Origin: a virus | DNA length: 64,000 bases | Direction: 5' to 3' (one strand) | IMG/VR virus record: IMGVR_UViG_3300025133_000024 | In this document: positions 44,217-54,188 of the stretch, piece by piece | How the letters are laid out: every line of letters starts with the position of its first letter | Position numbering within the stretch: the stretch's first letter is position 1 | The notes under the pieces: generated by a model | Seen by the model: only the letters and a program-made list of their open reading frames with translations | What the model was told of the DNA's origin: nothing | Databases searched by the model: none | Program-made: the position numbers and the translations under genes

Positions 44217-45935
44217 TTATATAAAATCTCTTAATTGTTCCAGGATTATTTGTTCTAGATTCTTCTTCTCGTAAATATGCCCAATGTGTTCATCTCCATA
44301 AAAATTAGATAAAGACAAAAACTTTCTTATTGCATAAATCATGTCTTTTGTTAACCTGTTAGGTTCTAATATATAAAACATGAAAGTTTCTGCAAAAGAC
44401 TCTTTTAAGTTGGTTCTCGCATATTCGCTCGGAAGTGCTCTATCAGGCTTAAATTTGTCATCGCCTGAGCCTCTTTGCATCTCTGGTGAAATGGGATATT
44501 CAATTCCTGATTTGAACATAAAGTCCCTCCAGAACCCTTGGGATGTAGGGCTTGAATTGAAATGTATCAAGTGACCAAATTCATGAACAAGGTCATTTAG
44601 GTTTGCATGCTTCGAAAATAACTCTATTCCATTTCTTTTTGACAAGCCACCTGATTTTTTTGAAACCCGGCCATGGTACATCCCCGCAACTTCTTTTCCG
44701 CTTTTTCTGAGAATTGTTCCGCCAGAAAATTGAATAAATTGAATCAAATTAAGTGAACGAGAGGACAGTTGTCTTTTTTCCATTAATCTATAAAAGCCCT
44801 CAACCACTCTAAGAAGTTTGTTTACTTCGGATTGAGATACCAAATGCAACACTAATTGTATTTGATGGTTTGTAGATGTTGTGTACTCGTACAGTTTCTT
44901 CTCCATCTCGGTTTCTTTTCGCGAAAAGGCCCTTTTTAATTCCAAATTGATTTCCTCCGGTAATTCAAAACTGTCAATAACGAAATTATCAGGCTCTTTA
45001 ACAAATTCAGATAAATCATTAACAAAAGTGTTTAATATTTCTCTGGAACTTTGTCGAATTTCACGAGGAGTAGAAAATCCTACGTCTTCAAACTTTAAAA
45101 AGGTTTTTTTATGATATTCATAAACCATATCAAGGGTCTCGTGAAATTCCTTTTTGTTATTTAAAATTATTTCCAAAACTTGTTTTTCACTTTCAAGCTC
45201 AAATTCAAACTGTCCTGAAAAATTCTGTACAATAAAACTAGAAATTTCTCGATAATCTTTACGTTCCAAAAGAGACTCTTCGCCACCTCCGCAAGGAAAA
45301 AAAACAGACTCCATCTCAGACATCAACTCTGAAATTTTTTTGGACTTTGGATTAATTCTCATTCCATCATTGAGAAACAAATAAATGTTCGCTTGAAATT
45401 CCTCTGGAGAGATTTTCTGGATATAATCTTCTAAAAATCTAAAAATTCTTGCATAAAGAATTTCAATTGGTTTATGCCAATCATGAAATTCTTGCATATT
45501 GTGAGCTTCTTCACTTCCCAGTTTTAGAACTTTTGGATTTCGAAGAGAAGGAAGGTAAGAAATGCCCTCAATAAAAAGAAAGGACTTTAACAACGCCATA
45601 ATAACATTGCTCCCCATCCTCAATGGCCGAAGTAAAACCTCGAAAGAACGTGTCCAGGAAGAGGTATACAGTTTTTCATCAATATAATTGTAATTGAATC
45701 CCTTTGAAATTCTTTCTTTTATGAAATCCTCTATTTCTGACAGCACACTTTCCATACCAGAATTCAAAATAGACCAACAAAATTCCTCTAAATTTGGATA
45801 GTCTAATTCTTGTTGAAAAGCAGGAGATGTGTACCAATCATAGTTTTTGATACTATTCTGATAAGGTCGAATAACATAATCTTCCAAAGCGTGGTACAAA
45901 TCATTAAAAAAATATTCGATATCAATATTGGTCAT
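44217..45935 (-). CDS. protein with C-terminal zincin metallopeptidase domain
   Basis: LVHEFGHLIHF plus PSEYARTNLKESFAETF; ends NLEQIILEQLRDFI. Confidence 0.7.
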   Translation of the reverse strand: MTNIDIEYFFNDLYHALEDYVIRPYQNSIKNYDWYTSPAFQQELDYPNLEEFCWSILNSGMESVLSEIEDFIKERISKGFNYNYIDEKLYTSSWTRSFEVLLRPLRMGSNVIMALLKSFLFIEGISYLPSLRNPKVLKLGSEEAHNMQEFHDWHKPIEILYARIFRFLEDYIQKISPEEFQANIYLFLNDGMRINPKSKKISELMSEMESVFFPCGGGEESLLERKDYREISSFIVQNFSGQFEFELESEKQVLEIILNNKKEFHETLDMVYEYHKKTFLKFEDVGFSTPREIRQSSREILNTFVNDLSEFVKEPDNFVIDSFELPEEINLELKRAFSRKETEMEKKLYEYTTSTNHQIQLVLHLVSQSEVNKLLRVVEGFYRLMEKRQLSSRSLNLIQFIQFSGGTILRKSGKEVAGMYHGRVSKKSGGLSKRNGIELFSKHANLNDLVHEFGHLIHFNSSPTSQGFWRDFMFKSGIEYPISPEMQRGSGDDKFKPDRALPSEYARTNLKESFAETFMFYILEPNRLTKDMIYAIRKFLSLSNFYGDEHIGHIYEKKNLEQIILEQLRDFI

Positions 45936-45936
45936 A

Positions 45937-47739
45937 TTACTTTATAATCCCTTTAATATCTGAATCCGGGAACTTAATCTCGAACACAACATTTTTTGGA
46001 CAATTATAATAACGTTTGTCTGAAGATAGGAGCGAATCAAGGTCAACATACGACGTTGAATAAAATGTTCCATTCTTTACCCTTATATTGACATCAACGA
46101 CATCTAACAAACCATCGACTTCTCTCAACTCTTTATAAACATCTGTTATAAAGAATGGCTCTCCAATATTTTGTTTTCTTGTATATTTTTGTTCTAAAAT
46201 TGCATTTGCTTTTCTCAAAATGTCATATTTATTCGACCCCAATTCAGACAAAGCAACGAATTCAATCTCCAAATTAACGATTTTTGCATTTAAAATGTCA
46301 ATCGTGTCATTAATCATCTTATATTGACCAATCCAAGTCTTTAAATTTTCCTTGATAACGTTATTTGTCGTTATTAAATTTCCTTCCGAATCCTCAGATA
46401 ACACATATAAATTCAAGTTTCTTTTTTTGTTGTTCGGGTCTGTAATGACGTTTGCTCTTTTAATCCCGCCAAACTTCCCAGGCATTGCATAACACAAAGT
46501 CACATAATCTTCTTTTGTGACTCCTCTCTTTTGAGCAGAATAAAATCCATAAATTCTTTGTCTTATCTCTTCTTCATCAACTTCTATCACATCACCCACA
46601 ATTGGACTTTCATTCTCTGTTTCCAGAGAATTTATTACATCCAAAATCACAGACTCATCTAAATCTTCTCTATTTTCAAACTCAACTAAAGGTGATGACA
46701 CTCTTGTAACTGTTTTTACTGCTGCATTTGTTGATGAATCTGTGCTAGCTCTATATGTGATATATAATGTAGTGTTAACCGGAACAATACCCATATCACC
46801 TGTTGAAACAAGATTTGTCGGGTCAAAAGTTAAATCACTAATATACTCCTTTCCATGTTTCTGAAGGAATACTTTATTTGGTTCTAAAAACCTATCCTCA
46901 GAATTCAATCCTGTCTTTCCAGAGCCAAATTGAAGGGAAATTGCATCTCCATTAAAGTCAGACACAAATCTCCTTGGCACAGTTAAAGGAATCAACAAAG
47001 AATTCGGTTCATCATTTGATTTTGTTCTATTCGGAATAGATTTATACACAATTTGTTGTGTTAAAGACTCCACTTCATAGTATTCGTTACCATTTCCATC
47101 AAATACAGAAACAATATCAACAAATTCATCATCTTCAAACTCTACCTTCAGAAATCTCTCATAAGAGCCAACACTAATCTGTTTTAATCTCAATTCTCCA
47201 GAAATAACCTGTCCTTTAGCTTTTACAGCAAAAGAAGTTGGGTTTCCTGTTGTTGAATCAATCTCCGCAACAACAACTTTCCCATCATTTTGAAAGTGAA
47301 TGTCTTCAGTTAAAGAATAAATTCCACCTGTGTTTGAAGAAATCTCTGTTCCTTGTTTCAAAACAGGAAAGTAATCAGGATTAGGACCATCACCGATTGT
47401 TTTTGCTGGAATTATTGCATAAAAAGATTGCTCACCAAAGCCTGAGGAGGAATTTCTATATTTATACCCATGCATTTTACCAATGTTTATAATATTCTCT
47501 AATTCTGTCGCAGTATCCAAACTACCCTCATTTGCTTGGTAATCCAAATAAAATGACAGGTTATCTCCGATATAAGAAACTGTATCCATCATCAAAGACA
47601 AAAAACTATTCTCTGAATAGTCTTCGTTAATGTCTGAATAGTAGTTTTTAGCGTAATTTTCTAAATCTTCTCTTAATGAAGAAATATCTCTATTGGTATA
47701 ATCGATTGAAACTGTTCTCAGTTTATTATCTCTTGGCAT
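45937..47739 (-). CDS. baseplate wedge subunit (T4 gp6-like)
   Basis: DYTNRD...L...A..Y; SYIGDNLSFYLDYQANE..LDTA; RGVTKEDY. Confidence 0.88.
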   Translation of the reverse strand: MPRDNKLRTVSIDYTNRDISSLREDLENYAKNYYSDINEDYSENSFLSLMMDTVSYIGDNLSFYLDYQANEGSLDTATELENIINIGKMHGYKYRNSSSGFGEQSFYAIIPAKTIGDGPNPDYFPVLKQGTEISSNTGGIYSLTEDIHFQNDGKVVVAEIDSTTGNPTSFAVKAKGQVISGELRLKQISVGSYERFLKVEFEDDEFVDIVSVFDGNGNEYYEVESLTQQIVYKSIPNRTKSNDEPNSLLIPLTVPRRFVSDFNGDAISLQFGSGKTGLNSEDRFLEPNKVFLQKHGKEYISDLTFDPTNLVSTGDMGIVPVNTTLYITYRASTDSSTNAAVKTVTRVSSPLVEFENREDLDESVILDVINSLETENESPIVGDVIEVDEEEIRQRIYGFYSAQKRGVTKEDYVTLCYAMPGKFGGIKRANVITDPNNKKRNLNLYVLSEDSEGNLITTNNVIKENLKTWIGQYKMINDTIDILNAKIVNLEIEFVALSELGSNKYDILRKANAILEQKYTRKQNIGEPFFITDVYKELREVDGLLDVVDVNIRVKNGTFYSTSYVDLDSLLSSDKRYYNCPKNVVFEIKFPDSDIKGIIK

Positions 47740-48137
47740 TATGAGTAATTTCCTAATATTAACCCAACATTCAAAGAATCACTCTCTTGTATGGGCTTGA
47801 TAAAATATATAAGCTCTAATTCTAATTGATGTGGAGAATCAACACTGTCATAATTGAAATCTACATGAGCAATTTCAATATATGGCATATATAAACCAAC
47901 TTGTTCACCAATTCTTGCAACAATCTCAGAATGCAAGACGTCTGATGAACCAGCATTCTCAAATAAAAACCCTTCAATGCCAACTCCGTAATCAGGAATC
48001 AATAACCTCTCCCCAGGATTTGTTAAAACTAACATTTTTAGATTTTGCCTAACAACTTCTTTGATATTCTTGTTTAATCTGTATAAACCATCTCGCTCAT
48101 CCTGAACTAATGGCAATTTAATTGATAATCCTGACAT
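47739..48137 (-). CDS. baseplate wedge subunit (GPW/gp25 family)
   Basis: QNLKMLVLTNPGERLLIPDYGVGI...LFE. Confidence 0.9.
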   Translation of the reverse strand: MSGLSIKLPLVQDERDGLYRLNKNIKEVVRQNLKMLVLTNPGERLLIPDYGVGIEGFLFENAGSSDVLHSEIVARIGEQVGLYMPYIEIAHVDFNYDSVDSPHQLELELIYFIKPIQESDSLNVGLILGNYS

Positions 48138-48138
48138 A

Positions 48139-51100
48139 TTATAATTCCAATGGCACCTTTAACGACCCCAAGCAGACATTCTGAAGGGTTTTTGAGAATT
48201 CTCTGGCTGCTGACATAGACACACCTGTTTCAAACTCTATTTTTTGTTCTAAAATTGAATTATTTTTAATTTTTTCCAAAAGGTCTTTTCCGACAATGTT
48301 TTCAAATGCGAGATATGCGAATCCAAGTGGAGAAGGAATGAGACCTGTTACAGTCAAGAAAATAGAGGGAACCTGAATTGATAAATCTGGAACCTTTTCA
48401 AATTCTTTGGCAAGGTCAATCACCCACTGGGAGGATATTAACTTATCTTTTTCTTCTTGCAGGGTTTCTAGACCTTTTGCAATGTTTTTTATGATTTGTA
48501 ATAAGGGTTTTGCTTCATTTAAAATTTTCTTCTTATAACTATTTGCCACATCTACAATTTTTTTCGATAATGATATGTTTGGGTCAAAAGTTTCCACCAA
48601 ACCCTTCAACATTATATAAGGAGTTGAATTTCTTATATAATCAATATCAAAAAACCTAGAATTCTCAGAATCTAAATTCAAATTGTTACCAGAAGCTAAA
48701 ATTCCCACATCATCATTAAACGCAACCCTTTTATTATCCTTAAATTTCACGTTATCAATGTTTTCAATATTTTCTAACAACGAAAAGATGTTGTTTTTAA
48801 CATTATTGAACATTGAATCGATTGAAGTCGTGCTTCTATTATACAAAACCATATATAAAACAAACATGGATGATAATTTTGATATTGGAAAGAGGTTATC
48901 AAAGATTAATTTATAGTCATTTTGTCCTTCAAGGCTCTTTACAAGCCTTTCCTTGAGACATTCTTCAAAAAACCTATCAAAAAGCACCCTTTCCTTCGTT
49001 TTCTTCTTTGTCTCTGCGCTCTGTTCTGGTTCACAATCATCTTTCCCTTTTTTGTTGTCTGAGAATAGGGATGAAATCTCTGTAATGTTGGATAAAGACT
49101 TGTTGATTATAGACTCTTCTTCATACAAGATTGGAATAATAACAGATTCGCCCGTTTTTTTATTGGAATAATACTTTGTTGGAGGTAATAATGGAGATGA
49201 TACAAATCCGTTCCTAAATCTTTGTATTGACTTCCTTGTGCTGGCTTGCGTATAGAGAAAATCGTCAATAAATTCTACAATATCACTATTTGTATAAAGT
49301 TTATTGGTCTTTACAGAATATAACTTAAACAATTTGCTATATTCTTCGAAAGAATAGTTTTTTCTCCCATTGATGATGACATTAATCTTATTATTTGTTT
49401 TATTTTCGCTTGTTAACAAGGTTAAGTCCCATTTATTGGTCCTTAACATCTTGTTTATCTTTTGTGTATCTTTCTCTGTCTTTGTTTTCCAAAAAAGTTG
49501 GATTGTTACCTTTTCTATAAGCCCCGCCTTTCTTACTCCTCGAACAGTTTGCTGCACAAGAAAATGGTTTGGTGTTTCGCTATCCCCAGGCTCAAAGTAA
49601 TCTTTCGTTTCATAGTTCAATTTTGAACTTCTTTTTGTGATAATCTTCCTGAGGAGGTCTTTTTCTTTTTGTGTTGGTCGATATAATAACCGAACACCAA
49701 CTTTCAGGTCATCGAAGTAATCTATGAAGTTATTTTTATCTTTTTTCTTTATAAAATTAAGATATTCGTTAAATGATTCAATATTAACAAACCCATTTAA
49801 TACCTTTTTGTTTTGTGGAGGGATGAATTCCTTTTTATAAGAAGGTTTCACATATGTTTCAAAGAAAAACCCGTTTTCTTCTGTGTTATATTTGTTTATT
49901 AATTTATTAACGTCTTCAATATTAACAAAACGTCTAGAAATGAAATCTTTTTGTTTGGAAGATAAGTTTCTGTTTTCAAACTCAACAAAACGCCCTCCTT
50001 TATTCCTATAATCCAAGTCTGATTCAGGAAGAGCTACAAAAGGAAAGAGTTTATCCTGAAATGACTTGATAGAAAAGTTATTAGATTGAATAACGTCTGG
50101 CTTGTATAATAATTGTCTTAATCGATTAGAGACCAAAACTAATTGCTCTGAAACTAGGGATTGTAGAGCTTTTTTACAGTCTATATTTGATTCATTTGAT
50201 TTAATCTTGTTGAGGTAAAGAGAGCCAACAATTTCATAGAATTGTTCTAGAAACTTATCATCTCTTCTTTTTTCTTGTTCTAAAATTATCTCTTTTTCAA
50301 TCTTAGAGCATATAAACAATGACAAGAAGTTTTCAATATCACTTGCATCAAGATGAATTTTGGAAAAAAAGAAGATGGATGATAAAACAAACTCTACCAC
50401 ATACAATCTTATCAAGATTTGCACAACCGAACTTGATAAAACCAAATTTAATTGCTTATCAGAGTCCTTCTCTTCAAAACAAACAGCAATGTTGGTATAA
50501 TCGTCCAGTGCTTTTCTCTTAACTTCCGATAATCTCATCAAATCAACATCAATGTTGCAATCTAGCCCCCCAGATTTAATTTTTGGAGAGAAATTAATAA
50601 ATTCTAATAGATTTACCTCTGATAGACCTCTATCTTTATCCAAATCCTTAATAGAAAAATCTCTTGTTTGTTCAGTCGTTGTCTCAATAGTGTTGAACAA
50701 AGGAGATAAAGAAACAAATTCCCCGATTCTCTTGATAAAACTTATGTGAATGTTATCATATCCATTGTTTTTATAAAATGAATGGATTTGTTGTTCTTCC
50801 TGAGGGGAGATGTCGTTAAACTTCTTCTTTAAAGAGTCAATAATCATATTTGACCACACAGAAGCATAAAATTTCTTGTTGGATGACTTTATCTTTTGAT
50901 TCTTAAAAATCTCATTGTTTTTATCTGTCCACTTTTCACTTTCTTCTGTGGAAAACCTCTTTTCTTTTACAAAACCAGTTTCAAATTGAGGTTTTATCTT
51001 GTTTTTAATGGGTTTCGTGCTGTTATATTCATTTTGAACTACTGCCACATCTATTTCTTTTGGGGGTGAGACAATGACCTTATTTGTGTTGCAATCCTTT

Positions 51101-53211
51101 TCAGTTTTTACTGAGGGGGATAGTATTTTTTGTTTGGCAATGTACAGAATGTTAAAATCTTCTTTGATATTGCCATCAACATCAATTGAAGAGTCGAAAG
51201 AAAACTTTAAATCATTAGATTCTTGCTTTGGGAAGCTTCTTTCGAAGAGTTTCCCTTTAAAAACTTCTGCTATCTTCTTATGTAAGTCACTTGGGAAAGA
51301 AAAATCAATGATTCCTGTATTAACAGAACAGAATTCTTTTGTATTTTCCCTTTTTATTCTTTCTAGTAGGTCAGGTTGGACCTTTTTTCTTTTATTTGTT
51401 TCCCCAAAAGAGCTTTCTTGGAGGTTTTTCAAGCCTTTCATGTCTAGAAAATCATTAATTTTCTTATCACCATCTAACGAACCTTCGATTATGTCTTTTA
51501 ATCTCTTATTATCTTCGTTTAATGATGAAAATGTCTTATTATATTGCTTGTTATATTCATCTTGATACAAATCTACAACTTTTTCTGTTAAATTTAGTAG
51601 AGTTTCATCTTCCTCAGTGTTAATTTCAACTTCTTTTAACAAACGAGAGACATATGATAAGAGAGCATGGTCATATGACATTCCAATTGAATCCAACAAG
51701 CCATCTAAAATTGTTTCTGTTGTTAAAGACAAACCCTTCTTGATACTTTTTAATAAAATATCATCTTCAGATATACGGCAAAGGTTATTTATGTTGAAAT
51801 CTTTTACTTCTGTTTCTTCTAAAATGTTAAAAAGATTCTGTAAATCATTTAAATGTTTTGATTTAATTTTTTCTAAAAGGGCTTCTACTTGGTTTTTATC
51901 AAAACCAACACCCCCTAATAAACATTTCTTCAGGCTATCCCTGTCATTATCAAAACAAGGCCCAAAATTTCCACCAGAGTCAATAATGTCTTCACATATC
52001 TCTAAATCCACAGCTTCAGACAACAAAACAAAGAAGTCAATCATTGATTCTCGGTCGTTTAATAGATTCTTTAAGTCAGGATAAAAAGTGTTTACAAGCT
52101 CGCTAACAATAATAAACACATCAGATGGCAATTTCCCTTTTAACAACCCACAAAATTCTGCTGAGGATAGGGTTGTTGCCATTTTGTCAACCAAAGATGA
52201 TAAATCACTTGCATTATCTCCAAATCTATTAACCAATAACTCTTGTGTTTTATTTGGTCTCTTTATTAACAACGGAGAGTCTACAATACAAGTTTCATGA
52301 ATAATTTGTTGCAATAATGAACTTAAAAATCTAATAGAAAAAGTTACCACTGTACTTTTGATGTTCTTTTCCAGATTTTCTTGAATAAAAGATAAGAAAT
52401 CAACTGTTGGAATGTTATCAAGTAACTTAAATGTTGGAACTTTTGGCAATTGATTCTTATATTTAAGAAATTTTTCTTCAAATACAGTTCCAATGTTAAG
52501 AATTTTTTTAAATGAATCAAAATTCAAAGATAACAACTCACATAAAGAATCAACACTTGCTATTTCATCAATCTTAGATAAAAGGTCATCAACTTCTTTT
52601 GCAGAATTTGCAACTTCTTCTGTTTGATTCAATAATAATTCACCAATTTGTAGAATAAAAGATTCAATATCACGGAATAAAGAAATAAATTCTTTAACCT
52701 TATCGAGATCAGAATTTTTTAACATATTTCTCAAAATGTTTTTGCAAAGTTCTTTCTGTACTTGAAAAAATGGTAGTTTTTTATTAAGACATTCAATAGA
52801 AACTGCAATAAGAGATTTTAAATCATATTTGTTTAAAATTTTATTGTAGACTTTTTCGATTTTATTAAGTTCTTTTTCAATATCCTTGAATGTAACTGAT
52901 AAATCTTCTTGCTTTCTGTATCTCTGTTTATCAAGTTTCTTAGACAGTTCTTCAAGAATCTCAGAATCTTCTAATAATTGTTCCTCAAGAGCAATTAAAT
53001 GTTCTTCTTCTTTTATTGTATCTGAGGAGTATTCTTTTAAAAATCCTTCTGTAACTTTATTCAACATTGATTTGTATCTCTGTTTATCAAGTTTCTTAGA
53101 CAGTTCTTCAAGAATTTTTTGAGCTTCTTCTTGAACTTCTTCTTGAACTTCTTCTTTTATTGTATCTGAGGAGTATTCTTTTAAAAATTTTTCTGTAACT
53201 TTATTCAACAT
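48139..53211 (-). CDS. giant helical hypothetical protein
   Basis: 1690 aa, K/E/L/I rich; lies between the spike and gp25 genes; N-terminus duplicated. Confidence 0.7.
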   Translation of the reverse strand: MLNKVTEKFLKEYSSDTIKEEVQEEVQEEAQKILEELSKKLDKQRYKSMLNKVTEGFLKEYSSDTIKEEEHLIALEEQLLEDSEILEELSKKLDKQRYRKQEDLSVTFKDIEKELNKIEKVYNKILNKYDLKSLIAVSIECLNKKLPFFQVQKELCKNILRNMLKNSDLDKVKEFISLFRDIESFILQIGELLLNQTEEVANSAKEVDDLLSKIDEIASVDSLCELLSLNFDSFKKILNIGTVFEEKFLKYKNQLPKVPTFKLLDNIPTVDFLSFIQENLEKNIKSTVVTFSIRFLSSLLQQIIHETCIVDSPLLIKRPNKTQELLVNRFGDNASDLSSLVDKMATTLSSAEFCGLLKGKLPSDVFIIVSELVNTFYPDLKNLLNDRESMIDFFVLLSEAVDLEICEDIIDSGGNFGPCFDNDRDSLKKCLLGGVGFDKNQVEALLEKIKSKHLNDLQNLFNILEETEVKDFNINNLCRISEDDILLKSIKKGLSLTTETILDGLLDSIGMSYDHALLSYVSRLLKEVEINTEEDETLLNLTEKVVDLYQDEYNKQYNKTFSSLNEDNKRLKDIIEGSLDGDKKINDFLDMKGLKNLQESSFGETNKRKKVQPDLLERIKRENTKEFCSVNTGIIDFSFPSDLHKKIAEVFKGKLFERSFPKQESNDLKFSFDSSIDVDGNIKEDFNILYIAKQKILSPSVKTEKDCNTNKVIVSPPKEIDVAVVQNEYNSTKPIKNKIKPQFETGFVKEKRFSTEESEKWTDKNNEIFKNQKIKSSNKKFYASVWSNMIIDSLKKKFNDISPQEEQQIHSFYKNNGYDNIHISFIKRIGEFVSLSPLFNTIETTTEQTRDFSIKDLDKDRGLSEVNLLEFINFSPKIKSGGLDCNIDVDLMRLSEVKRKALDDYTNIAVCFEEKDSDKQLNLVLSSSVVQILIRLYVVEFVLSSIFFFSKIHLDASDIENFLSLFICSKIEKEIILEQEKRRDDKFLEQFYEIVGSLYLNKIKSNESNIDCKKALQSLVSEQLVLVSNRLRQLLYKPDVIQSNNFSIKSFQDKLFPFVALPESDLDYRNKGGRFVEFENRNLSSKQKDFISRRFVNIEDVNKLINKYNTEENGFFFETYVKPSYKKEFIPPQNKKVLNGFVNIESFNEYLNFIKKKDKNNFIDYFDDLKVGVRLLYRPTQKEKDLLRKIITKRSSKLNYETKDYFEPGDSETPNHFLVQQTVRGVRKAGLIEKVTIQLFWKTKTEKDTQKINKMLRTNKWDLTLLTSENKTNNKINVIINGRKNYSFEEYSKLFKLYSVKTNKLYTNSDIVEFIDDFLYTQASTRKSIQRFRNGFVSSPLLPPTKYYSNKKTGESVIIPILYEEESIINKSLSNITEISSLFSDNKKGKDDCEPEQSAETKKKTKERVLFDRFFEECLKERLVKSLEGQNDYKLIFDNLFPISKLSSMFVLYMVLYNRSTTSIDSMFNNVKNNIFSLLENIENIDNVKFKDNKRVAFNDDVGILASGNNLNLDSENSRFFDIDYIRNSTPYIMLKGLVETFDPNISLSKKIVDVANSYKKKILNEAKPLLQIIKNIAKGLETLQEEKDKLISSQWVIDLAKEFEKVPDLSIQVPSIFLTVTGLIPSPLGFAYLAFENIVGKDLLEKIKNNSILEQKIEFETGVSMSAAREFSKTLQNVCLGSLKVPLEL
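52917..53211. repeat. duplication of the 5-prime end of the 1690-aa gene
   Basis: 43-bp identical block at 52917-52959 and 53073-53115; near-identical block including the ATG, offset 144 nt; internal 12-bp repeat encoding VQEE twice. Confidence 0.88.
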
Positions 53212-54173
53212 TAATTTGTTCCATTATAACGACTTGCTACATATCCATCACCATAAGGCTCTAAATAATTCTGTTTTACATTCGATAAATTAATTTTATT
53301 TCCATATAAACTACGCTTAACGTCCTTTAGCATGTTCATAAGGTTTCTACCACCTTCAATCATTAAAACCTCTGAGGGAGTGGTAGGGGAGCCGAAAAAG
53401 GGTGAGATGTGAGTATGGTTGGATATGGCTTTGTTGAAATTTAATTGGTATTCAACAAATGCGTCAACAATTCCATTCATGGCACTTATATGTTTCATCA
53501 TTTTTTTTAATAATTCAATGGAGTTTTCACCTTTCAAAAAAGGTTGGACATCAGTATCATCATTACCAGCTATCAACTCAATCCCTTGTACTTCAAGAAC
53601 ATCTCCACCTAAAGAGTTTTTTCTATCTGTCCCTGTAACAAGTTTAATACTTTCTCTTGCAATGAATCGTAAATTATCTGATTTAATTCCTATTCCTGCT
53701 CTATTTGCATTTTTATCACGATTCTCTTCAGAACCAATTTTAAAATTATGGTCTAAGTCGGTTCTTTGTGATATATAAATTCTTGATGCATCATGAAAAA
53801 AATCGGGGTCAACAACTTTTATTTTTCCGTTATTATCAAACTCGAAAGAACTAAATCTTCCAGCCACAATATCAATGGTTCCACATTTCATGTGACCTTT
53901 TGGGCCATATGGACCTAGATTTTCTCCATTATCAAACTCTCCCGAAACAAACTTTGGACCGCTTCTGTCTCTTCCTAATACAATCCAAGTGTTGTTGTCA
54001 CCTTGAAATACTTTTTCGGAAGGGGATTTATTAAAATGGGGAACTGATTCTAACAGTTCCCCACATCCTAACCCTTTCAATTTGTTTTGCTCTATGTCAT
54101 CAAGTTGAATTAATGTGTCTTGATAGTTTATCGAAAGAGTTTTTATATCATTCGCTTTTTTAAATACAGACAT
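53211..54173 (-). CDS. putative baseplate central spike (gp5 C-terminal-like beta-repeat)
   Basis: Short beta strands (TWIVLGRDR, IDIVAGR, SRIYISQ, IGIKSDNLRFIARESIKLVT); position before gp25/gp6. Confidence 0.55.
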   Translation of the reverse strand: MSVFKKANDIKTLSINYQDTLIQLDDIEQNKLKGLGCGELLESVPHFNKSPSEKVFQGDNNTWIVLGRDRSGPKFVSGEFDNGENLGPYGPKGHMKCGTIDIVAGRFSSFEFDNNGKIKVVDPDFFHDASRIYISQRTDLDHNFKIGSEENRDKNANRAGIGIKSDNLRFIARESIKLVTGTDRKNSLGGDVLEVQGIELIAGNDDTDVQPFLKGENSIELLKKMMKHISAMNGIVDAFVEYQLNFNKAISNHTHISPFFGSPTTPSEVLMIEGGRNLMNMLKDVKRSLYGNKINLSNVKQNYLEPYGDGYVASRYNGTN

Positions 54174-54188
54174 TATCGTTACATTCTC

